A stretch of 24,000 bases of DNA from Methanococcus voltae (GTDB lineage Archaea > AGJL01 > Methanococci > Methanococcales > Methanococcaceae). Both the position numbers and the translations under genes were made by a program. The stretch covers positions 42,478 to 66,477 of the forward strand of contig NZ_JAGGMO010000004.1 in the NCBI RefSeq assembly GCF_017875395.1, written 5' to 3'. The notes under the pieces were generated by a model. It had not been told where the DNA came from. It saw only the letters and a list, made by a program, of their open reading frames with translations, and did not search any database. This document shows, in pieces, positions 1 to 7,359 of the stretch (position 1 is its first letter; every line of letters begins with the position of its first letter).

Positions 1-370
1 GGTAAGCTAAGTTTTGTAATTTATCAAAATAGTATTTAATTTCATTTATATTAACAATGATAACTTTTCCATTCATATTATTTGTTTTTAATTTTAATTC
101 TTTTACATAAGGTGCTATGTTTCTTTCTTCTTTCTTTATATATTCTTTTACGTGCGGTTTAAGATATCTTTGCAATACATTAAGCTCATCGACAAGAGAT
201 TTTACATATTTTAAATTTGAACTGTTTTTTGCGAGACTCTCTAATTCGATTGCATTAACATAGTGTTCAGCAATATATTTTCGTAAATCCAAATCTGCGA
301 TTACTTTACCCTGACCGCCATTTTGATTTTGGATATCCACATTATATTTCTCTGAATTATTATATTTCAT
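1..370 (-). CDS. hypothetical protein; only the N-terminal 123 aa are visible (MKYNNSEKYNVDIQNQNGGQGKV...), and the C-terminus lies beyond the window edge
   Basis: Absent from the ORF track because it runs off the window. My minus-strand translation from the ATG at 370-368 stays open to position 1. The start overlaps the stop of the upstream 360..692 ORF by 11 nt, which is operon-style coupling. Confidence 0.5.
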   Translation of the reverse strand, partial: MKYNNSEKYNVDIQNQNGGQGKVIADLDLRKYIAEHYVNAIELESLAKNSSNLKYVKSLVDELNVLQRYLKPHVKEYIKKEERNIAPYVKELKLKTNNMNGKVIIVNINEIKYYFDKLQNLAY

Positions 371-692
371 AACAACCCTCTGCAACTTTATTAATTGCAA
401 TTTCTATGACTTGATAGTCGAAATAATTAGGATGATTTTGTTTAACATTCTTTATTGTTTCAAAAAATAGTTTTTTCTTATTTTCGGATAATTTATATTT
501 TTTAGCAAGTTCGCCAGCTTTACTTTTAACCGTGTTCATTGAACTACAAGTTCCAGCATTAATAACTGCACTATTTAGTAGTGTCCCACAGCCTGTATCA
601 TAAATAACTGCAAATTTACCCGATGCGTAATAATCTCTTTGTCCATAATCTATAAAAACTTCTTCACATAGTGGACATACTTTTAACTTCAT
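360..692 (-). CDS. hypothetical small protein with an N-terminal CPLC motif (possible zinc ribbon)
   Basis: 110-aa ORF. GGTG Shine-Dalgarno lies 5 nt upstream of the ATG (minus strand reads gaatGGTGtaattATG). It is coupled to the downstream partial ORF. No family recognised. Confidence 0.6.
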   Translation of the reverse strand: MKLKVCPLCEEVFIDYGQRDYYASGKFAVIYDTGCGTLLNSAVINAGTCSSMNTVKSKAGELAKKYKLSENKKKLFFETIKNVKQNHPNYFDYQVIEIAINKVAEGCYEI

Positions 693-921
693 AATTACAC
701 CATTCTACATCCTATATTTACTAAAATGAGGGTGATGAGTAATTTAAAAATAGTTTTGAAATAAATTAATTAATTAAATAATTTATAGTTAATAGTCCTT
801 TATTTAAGGATATAATGAGGGGTGGGAAAATAGTAGGTAATCTATTCATTTGTTCATTAGGTCGACACCTTCACAAATGATAATATGATTTAAAACTTTA
901 TCATTTAAAATAGATGTTATT

Positions 922-948
922 AAAAAAGTTAAAAAAAGTATTTTAAAT
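922..948 (-). terminator. oligo-T terminator-like element downstream of the PHP-ATPase gene (minus strand ATTTAAAATACTTTTTTTAACTTTTTT)
   Basis: T7 and T5/T6 tracts lie 29 nt after the stop at 977. The 22-nt core aaaaagttaaaaaaagtatttt is identical to 4053-4074. Confidence 0.35.
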
Positions 949-976
949 TTAATATTGTTAAGTCATTAGTGTTAAG

Positions 977-3958
977 TTATCTTTTAAATTTTCCATATTT
1001 GGATTCTCTTTTCTCAAAAGCTTGTTCTCCCCCCTCCAAAATTTCAAAAATATGTTCCCTAATACCTCGATTATATAAGATACCTTTCTTACTATTTTGA
1101 TAATTATTATTACAATTATCACAATTACCAAAATTCTTATTATCACATAATTTGTGAGGATTATATGAATATTCCAAAGCACCATTTGTATATTCAAATT
1201 TACATTCTTTATTTTCAGTACTATAACCATCCTGATTTGCAACAATGATATTTTCAGAGTCAGTAGATACGACTAAATTAGGATTGTGCGATACAATTAT
1301 TATTTGTCGATTAATTTTTTTATCTTTGATGTAATTTACTAAATTTTTAGAAACAGTTCTATTATCTAAATTATCTTCGGGTTGGTCAATTAATATAGGA
1401 TTTTCTGAATTATTGAGTTCAAGATATAGTTTTAATAAAACGGTGCCTTTTTTTCCCTCAGACATTTTACTTATTGAATCATTTTCATATTTTATATCAT
1501 AATTAATTGTAAAATAATTATCGAACAAAGCCGATATCTGATTTAAATATGTTTCACCATTTTTTATTATATCTTTTTTATGTCCTTTCTTATAAGAGTC
1601 TAAAATAAACTCAAAAATATTAGAGATATTTGAAATGTGGGTATCTAGATTATATTCATAGTACTTTTTATCATTGAAACATTTGAAAGTAGCATAAAAT
1701 TCTCTATTCGATGATTTGTAGAATATATCGCTAAAATTTTTGTTATCAAAACTTAAGTTCCCAGTAATAGTTAAATTACTTTCTAGATTATTATCTCCAT
1801 ATTCACTATTTATCTTTTTAATACGACTATTATAATTTTCGAAAATTTTAGTATAATGTAGGATAATCTCCTCTTTATTAGCATTTATTCTTTTTTCGAG
1901 GTCTTCGATTATAGTTTCTAAATTGATAATTTTATCAAGTTTAGATTGTTCTTTATCCTTTTTTTCAAATAAATTCTTAATAATAGCTTCTTTTTCTAAT
2001 TTTTTGGCATATTTAGATATTTTTTCTTTTAGTATATCTTGCTGTGAGATATAATTAATTATTTGATTAGTGGTTTCTTCCATATATTCGTATATTTTAC
2101 TTTCATACTCAATACTAATTAATTTTGAGCGTATGCTTATTTCATCTTGTAAATCTTTTATTTTACTGTTTAAATTACTTAAATCGTTTTGATTAGTATT
2201 TTGACTATGCTGTATACCATAACTACCAATCCCTTCCATATATTCATTAGTAGCTTGTTTTATATGCTTTTTAAAAGAACTTAATGTATTCTTTAATTCA
2301 TTTTTACTACCTAAATCCTTATTTAATGAGTCTAATTCATCTTTTAATTTGGTATATTCTTCGAGCTCTGATTCCGATAATTTACAGGTAACTTCTAAAT
2401 CCTTAATTTCATTAGTTAATCTTTCAATCTCGCTAGTAATGGCGGTTTTAGAACCTGCATTATATAAGTCAGCAGTATATTTTAAATATTCTTCTAAATT
2501 ACCATCTAGGTTAATGGATAATGAAGAAATTTTTTTTTGCAAATTTTTTACATTACCTTCCATATCTTCCAAGTATTGTTTAATGTCACTTTTTTCAAAA
2601 ATTATATTTTCCACAAGTTCATTTAATTCTTTAGAATTTTCACTTATGGTTGACAGATGCATTTGAGGAATGTATGTAATATTACGATTTTCTTTATTTT
2701 TATCAGTATATTTATCAATATGTTCGTCGCCCCAAACAACTTCAAAATCCTCTAATTCCTTCTCAAAAAACTCATCATATTTTTTAATTTTTTCCGAATT
2801 ATAGTTTTTTACGTCCTTTGCGCATTTTAAATCGTCACTGATATTACTATTAATTGTCTTTGCAATTAAATAAAGCAATATAGATTTCCCTGACGATTTA
2901 CCCCCTATTATAGAATTTAAATTTTGATTTAAATATATTCTTTCATTAGTAAAATAAGGTTTTCCAGTTTTATCTGCGCGATTTATAAATCTAACATATT
3001 TTATGTAATCATATGGTGTTTTTTGCTCAGGTTTTTCCTCTTGAACTTTTATACGGTCATTATCATAAACGATTTGTTTCAAACCTTCAAATGTGGTATT
3101 TGCTTTTATCCAAGTTTTACAATTTCCAATCTTATCTTTTTGAGTAGAATTTGAGAAATAATGTGCATCGCTACAATCCAATAATAAATCATTTACCTTA
3201 TTATCTTTTAATTTAGTTTTAGCATTATTATAGTTTTCAACAGATTCAGATGCGGTAAATACAAGAGGTACCCTATTAATAATATTTTTCTTCTCGGAAA
3301 TTGATGATTCACTCCACCCTAGTTTATCCCATTCCGTTTTACCGACTGCCATTAAATATTTTCCCTGAAAACGATTATTCATTATTAAATTACTTTCAAT
3401 ATCTTTAAAATCTACATTTAAATTATTAAACCCAATTTTTAAATCGGATTTTTTATCATCTCTGGGGCTAGTTTCTTTTATTTTTTTACCCAATTCTTCC
3501 AAAGATTCTTTCGTTACGCAACCATCCCAAATAACCTCCTCTCGACCAAGTGTTCCTTTTTCTAAATGGTACTTACATTGGATTGCCTTTAAAAACTGAC
3601 TTTTAATTGTTTTTACTTTAAGTTCTTCAGAAAATATAACGTGTAAATTTATACGTTTAAGATTCTCAAACTTTACACCTGCAAAATTACTTATTCTAAA
3701 TTCAACTACAGGTAATAATGTATCGATATTTTCTAATCGACCCTCTTTTTTATAATTTAATAACTTTTCATAGCCATCAAGAAATAAGTAATCATTAATC
3801 CCGAGAACTTTAAACTCAGAGGGTAAGTTTTCCAAATCTGTTACATATTTTTCCCAAACGTCAGCTTTGCCCCCATAATGATTAATTATCGAACAAGGGG
3901 TATGAACATGTAAATCCCATATATTCCATTCTGAACCTCGAGGGTATTTTATATTCAA
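977..3958 (-). CDS. PHP-domain phosphoesterase fused to a coiled-coil SMC/Rad50/ABC-type ATPase (Ppl-like architecture)
   Basis: N-terminal PHP motifs: WDLHVHT (HxH), VVEF, NLHVIF, DCSDAHY. Walker A is IIGGKSSGKS. A heptad-rich E/K/L segment of about 300 aa separates the ATPase halves. Walker B/D-loop is ILIDQPEDNLD and the H-loop is IIVSHNPN. Confidence 0.85.
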   Translation of the reverse strand: MNIKYPRGSEWNIWDLHVHTPCSIINHYGGKADVWEKYVTDLENLPSEFKVLGINDYLFLDGYEKLLNYKKEGRLENIDTLLPVVEFRISNFAGVKFENLKRINLHVIFSEELKVKTIKSQFLKAIQCKYHLEKGTLGREEVIWDGCVTKESLEELGKKIKETSPRDDKKSDLKIGFNNLNVDFKDIESNLIMNNRFQGKYLMAVGKTEWDKLGWSESSISEKKNIINRVPLVFTASESVENYNNAKTKLKDNKVNDLLLDCSDAHYFSNSTQKDKIGNCKTWIKANTTFEGLKQIVYDNDRIKVQEEKPEQKTPYDYIKYVRFINRADKTGKPYFTNERIYLNQNLNSIIGGKSSGKSILLYLIAKTINSNISDDLKCAKDVKNYNSEKIKKYDEFFEKELEDFEVVWGDEHIDKYTDKNKENRNITYIPQMHLSTISENSKELNELVENIIFEKSDIKQYLEDMEGNVKNLQKKISSLSINLDGNLEEYLKYTADLYNAGSKTAITSEIERLTNEIKDLEVTCKLSESELEEYTKLKDELDSLNKDLGSKNELKNTLSSFKKHIKQATNEYMEGIGSYGIQHSQNTNQNDLSNLNSKIKDLQDEISIRSKLISIEYESKIYEYMEETTNQIINYISQQDILKEKISKYAKKLEKEAIIKNLFEKKDKEQSKLDKIINLETIIEDLEKRINANKEEIILHYTKIFENYNSRIKKINSEYGDNNLESNLTITGNLSFDNKNFSDIFYKSSNREFYATFKCFNDKKYYEYNLDTHISNISNIFEFILDSYKKGHKKDIIKNGETYLNQISALFDNYFTINYDIKYENDSISKMSEGKKGTVLLKLYLELNNSENPILIDQPEDNLDNRTVSKNLVNYIKDKKINRQIIIVSHNPNLVVSTDSENIIVANQDGYSTENKECKFEYTNGALEYSYNPHKLCDNKNFGNCDNCNNNYQNSKKGILYNRGIREHIFEILEGGEQAFEKRESKYGKFKR

Positions 3959-4052
3959 AATATCACCACCAAATTATTAAATTAGATACCATACTATAAT
4001 AATTAGGTTTCAATATATAATTAATAATTTAAATATTTTCCCCATCGGGGGT

Positions 4053-4079
4053 AAAAAGTTAAAAAAAGTATTTTTAAAT
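4053..4079 (-). terminator. oligo-T terminator-like element downstream of the wHTH gene, a near-identical copy of 922-948
   Basis: It shares the 22-nt core with 923-944 and lies 41 nt after the stop at 4120. It is preceded by a small CCCC-atc-GGGG hairpin (4040-4050). Confidence 0.35.
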
Positions 4080-4119
4080 GTAGTATTTTTATTATTAGTT
4101 AATTTTTCATTATTTAAAT

Positions 4120-4464
4120 TTAAAACTTGTATAAATTAACATTTCCCTTTATAACGCCCATATTTATAAAACCTTCATTATTTGATGAGCTATTAGCTCC
4201 AAATTTAGAATTATAATCATTATTTTCCAAATTATCTAAATTATCCAGTATATTTTTAAAATAAATTCCTTTATCGGATAATTTATAAATATCTTTATTA
4301 TTCAATACAATTTCTAAGTTTAACAGTTCTAACATTATCATATCTAATTCATTATAATCTATTCTTAAAACACTTTTTAATTCTTCAAATTGTAATTCTT
4401 TATTTACATGCAAACAATTAATTATTTCTTTAACATGTTCTTTTGAAATCAATTTATCCATCAT
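4120..4464 (-). CDS. small winged-helix (ArsR/MarR-like) DNA-binding protein with a conserved C-terminal GFINxGxIKGNV tail
   Basis: 114-aa ORF with GAGGG SD 6 nt before the ATG. The helix-turn-helix-like stretch is LQFEELKSVLRIDYNELDMIMLELLNLEIV, followed by a wing at YKLSDKG. It is a paralogue of 11447..11863. Confidence 0.7.
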   Translation of the reverse strand: MMDKLISKEHVKEIINCLHVNKELQFEELKSVLRIDYNELDMIMLELLNLEIVLNNKDIYKLSDKGIYFKNILDNLDNLENNDYNSKFGANSSSNNEGFINMGVIKGNVNLYKF

Positions 4465-4740
4465 AATAAACCCTCGAGATTTTTAATTGGATATATTAAG
4501 AATTAGTACTTAATTAGTTAAATCGTTAATTTAAATAATAATATTTTCTAAAAGATTACATATATAATTTAAGGTTTTAACGGGTTAAAAAGTTTAAATT
4601 TATAAAAATTTGTTTCGGTAATATTTTATATTCTTAAACCCAAATATATTTTTATTATATTTGAGGGGATTATTATTAACGAGTACATAGCAACTTGGAA
4701 TAATATAATAGCAAATTGTAGTTATGATAATACATATAAA

Positions 4741-5673
4741 ATGGCGTGGGCTAAGGCATTGGTAGAACTATGTGTTCTAAATACGGATTTAAAAAATATT
4801 AAAAATAACCAAAATTCAACAATTTCATTCACATTCGAAGAAATTGCAGAGCTATATTTAAAATATTATTGGAATCAAACAATATACTTTGATTTAGTAC
4901 AGGGCTCTAATCTTACAAAATTACCTGTCATTATACAGCACGTTAAAAAATTGATAAGAGAATATAACGCTATTGCAGGAAATAATCCTAAAAAATATGA
5001 AAAAATAGATTTTAAAGCATTAGGTTTAGAAAAAGCTTACAAAAATACTATAAAAAAGATTTCTAACGTACTACCTGAAAATGTAGCTTGGAGATTTAAA
5101 AAATTAAATAAAAATACTTACGAAATTTATGAATTAGACTTAGAAAAAAGAACTGTTAGTTTTAAATTAGAAGATGCAATGATTTTAAACAGGTACTCTG
5201 ATTTAATGTTCCAAATAATAAATTATCGATGGACACAGATGTTAGAAGGTTTTAACTTATCTCCTCGAATATCTTCAAAAGTAAAAGTTTGTGACCAACC
5301 TGAAATTAAAAGAAATAGCTTAAATAAATTTAAAAAGTTTTTAGACTGCGAATTTGAAGATGAATATAGGTATTGTTTTTACAGTACTGAAAAATTATCT
5401 AACGATTTAACTTCTATAGACCACGTTATACCTTGGTCTTTTATGTACTCCGATGATATATGGAATTTAGTTTATTGTAATAGGTGCATAAATTCAAGTA
5501 AATCAAATAAAACGCCTACCGAAGATACTATAGAAAAGTTAGAAGATAGAAATATATTACTCTTAAAAAAATTGGAAAATTCTGTATATTCTACAAGTAA
5601 AGTTACTAAGGAATTAAATTTAGCGATTAAAAAAGATTATGTTAGAAAATTTTGGATAGCTTCGAAGGGATAA
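4741..5673 (+). CDS. HNH endonuclease-domain protein (C-terminal HNH_4/Cas9-type HNH, N-terminal ~200 aa unknown); the true start may be upstream at about 4672
   Basis: C-terminal motif is SIDHVIPWSFMYSDDIWNLVYCNRCINSSKSNKTP (DH...N...N pattern). The frame is open back to 4639. A strong GAGGGG SD sits at 4663-4668, whereas the ATG at 4741 has no SD. Confidence 0.85.
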   Translation: MAWAKALVELCVLNTDLKNIKNNQNSTISFTFEEIAELYLKYYWNQTIYFDLVQGSNLTKLPVIIQHVKKLIREYNAIAGNNPKKYEKIDFKALGLEKAYKNTIKKISNVLPENVAWRFKKLNKNTYEIYELDLEKRTVSFKLEDAMILNRYSDLMFQIINYRWTQMLEGFNLSPRISSKVKVCDQPEIKRNSLNKFKKFLDCEFEDEYRYCFYSTEKLSNDLTSIDHVIPWSFMYSDDIWNLVYCNRCINSSKSNKTPTEDTIEKLEDRNILLLKKLENSVYSTSKVTKELNLAIKKDYVRKFWIASKG

Positions 5674-5674
5674 C

Positions 5675-5998
5675 ATGAAAATTCACTATAATAAACTCGT
5701 AAGGGGTAATATTATTGATATTATAGAAAAAGACAACAAAAAAGCAAGTTTTCACATTGCAAACGATGAAGAATATAAAATAAAACTCTATGAAAAATTA
5801 AACGAAGAAATTGACGAATTTAAAAATAATCCTTGTGAAGAAGAACTTTCAGATATTTTGGAGGTAATTTATACAATATCTAAACTTAATAATTTTGATT
5901 TAGAAACTGTTGAAAAAATAAGAAAATCTAAATTATTAAAAAATGGAGGATTTGAAAAAAAGATAATCCTTGAAGATGTTGATATTGAAGAGATTTGA
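5675..5998 (+). CDS. MazG-like / PRA-PH-like all-alpha nucleoside-triphosphate pyrophosphohydrolase
   Basis: 107 aa. The N-terminal YNKLVRGNIIDII resembles the KLVRDxIP signature of this family. Acidic metal-binding clusters are EEIDEF and EELSDILEV. The ATG lies 1 nt after the HNH gene stop, with a GAAGGGA SD inside that gene. Confidence 0.75.
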   Translation: MKIHYNKLVRGNIIDIIEKDNKKASFHIANDEEYKIKLYEKLNEEIDEFKNNPCEEELSDILEVIYTISKLNNFDLETVEKIRKSKLLKNGGFEKKIILEDVDIEEI

Positions 5999-6000
5999 AT
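5941..6000 (+). repeat. left copy of a ~60-bp direct repeat (the 3' end of the MazG-like gene) bracketing the TA cassette
   Basis: It aligns with 6701-6760 at a constant offset of 760 bp. The core 5950-5992 versus 6710-6752 has 2 mismatches in 43. Confidence 0.85.
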
Positions 6001-6044
6001 TTATAAAAATTTATAAAAAAAGTAAGAAAATAATATTTAATAAA

Positions 6045-6305
6045 TTAATATGCATCGTCATGATGTGCATATTCTAAAATAATAATGGTATTAACATCTT
6101 CTTTAATTTCATATATTAAAACAAAAGAAGAATAAACGTGAATTCGATAATTACCTTTTAATTCATGCCTTAAAGGTTTTCCACAATATGGATTTTCAAT
6201 TAATTTATTAAATGATTTGTTTAAAGCTTCCGCATGCTTTTTATCTTTTCTAGCTATTCTTTTAATTTTATTAGATAATTTTTCATTTGCAATTTTTAAT
6301 TGCAT
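6045..6305 (-). CDS. type II toxin, RelE/ParE superfamily
   Basis: 86 aa with the typical pattern ...NPYCGKPLRHELKGNYRIHVYSSFVLIYEIKEDVNTIIILEYAHHDDAY. It lies immediately downstream of a small antitoxin-like ORF. Confidence 0.8.
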   Translation of the reverse strand: MQLKIANEKLSNKIKRIARKDKKHAEALNKSFNKLIENPYCGKPLRHELKGNYRIHVYSSFVLIYEIKEDVNTIIILEYAHHDDAY

Positions 6306-6328
6306 TTTACCATCTCTTATAATGGTAA

Positions 6329-6580
6329 TTATAAACCGAGTAATTCACGCCTATAAGCTTCACTAGTTATATCCACATTTTCCGAAGGCAAACTTTTCTT
6401 GTTTGCAAGTACTGACTGAATAAATTCTTCTTTGAACGTTTCTTTATTTAATATTTTTTCAGCGTATTGTAAAACGATATAGTTTATAGCTTCACTTTTA
6501 TCCTTGAATTCTTCAGTCGTTTTTACCAAGTTGATTATTTTATTGGTATTTTCATCTAAAGTAATGTTTGCTTTTACCAT
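6329..6580 (-). CDS. antitoxin, probable ribbon-helix-helix type
   Basis: 83 aa. The N-terminal beta-strand-like NITLDENT is followed by helices. It lies 23 nt upstream of the RelE/ParE-like ORF on the same strand. Confidence 0.7.
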   Translation of the reverse strand: MVKANITLDENTNKIINLVKTTEEFKDKSEAINYIVLQYAEKILNKETFKEEFIQSVLANKKSLPSENVDITSEAYRRELLGL

Positions 6581-6700
6581 AATTCTTCACCTTTCACGCT
6601 CATACTAATATATTACTTCATGTTATAATAAGTTATTCCAACTAACTTCGCATAACGTAATATATTATATTCTTATTTTAGCACATATATTTATTCTAAA

Positions 6701-6760
6701 AAAATGGAAATTTAAAAAAAAGATAATCCTTAAAGATGTTGATATTGAAGATGTTTAAGT
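6701..6760 (+). repeat. right copy of the ~60-bp direct repeat, an orphan remnant of the MazG-like gene 3' end
   Basis: It would encode ...NGNLKKKIILKDVDIEDV*, compared with the gene's ...NGGFEKKIILEDVDIEEI*. No ORF is attached upstream. Confidence 0.85.
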
Positions 6761-7359
6761 TATTTATTTATAAAGTCTATGCAATCATAACATTTATTAT
6801 TCGCTTCTGATTTTAATATTACAAGTCTTGGTAAATTTTTAAATTCTTCATCATACTTTTTTAAACATTCATACGTGGATTTTAATGCAATACTATTCCC
6901 TTCAGTATCAAATCTGTCATAATCATTAGCGTCTGTAGTTAAAAATGTTGGATTTACCGGTACCGTATTATGATTTATTGTCCACAATATGAAATTAGAA
7001 AATATTTCAATATCTGCGTCATTATCTGTTAAATCATCTAATAAGCTATAGTATAATCGATTGAATGATTGGTTTGTAAAATCAGAATAATTTACCATTT
7101 TCACAATTTTATTTAAATAATTACTGATTGCCCCATATATGGTAACCTTTTGTTCTTCAGTTATTCTACCTTCATTGACATAGTGTTTTAATATCTTCAT
7201 AGACCTATGAAGTACTTCATTCTTCACTTTTTTACACGTTGTAGCATCATTATATGTGGTCAAATTATTTTCTTTAAGAAATTCCGTTACTAATTTATTT
7301 TGTGGATCTAAATTAATATGTTGTCCTATTACCACACAAGAATCTAAAAATAAATTCAT
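6760..7359 (-). CDS. PIN-like nuclease-domain protein
   Basis: 199 aa. Acidic residues are spaced as in PIN domains: LFLDSCVVIG (D6), VKNEVL, DNDADIEIF, FLTTDANDYD. Its ATG overlaps the upstream gene's stop (ATGA). Confidence 0.65.
   Translation of the reverse strand: MNLFLDSCVVIGQHINLDPQNKLVTEFLKENNLTTYNDATTCKKVKNEVLHRSMKILKHYVNEGRITEEQKVTIYGAISNYLNKIVKMVNYSDFTNQSFNRLYYSLLDDLTDNDADIEIFSNFILWTINHNTVPVNPTFLTTDANDYDRFDTEGNSIALKSTYECLKKYDEEFKNLPRLVILKSEANNKCYDCIDFINK

Noticed and set aside
4575-4590. 16-bp palindrome TTTTAAC-gg-GTTAAAA in the divergent wHTH/HNH promoter region
   Set aside because: It is a single copy, and A/T-rich palindromes of this size are expected by chance at this base composition. 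It is not reported as an operator.
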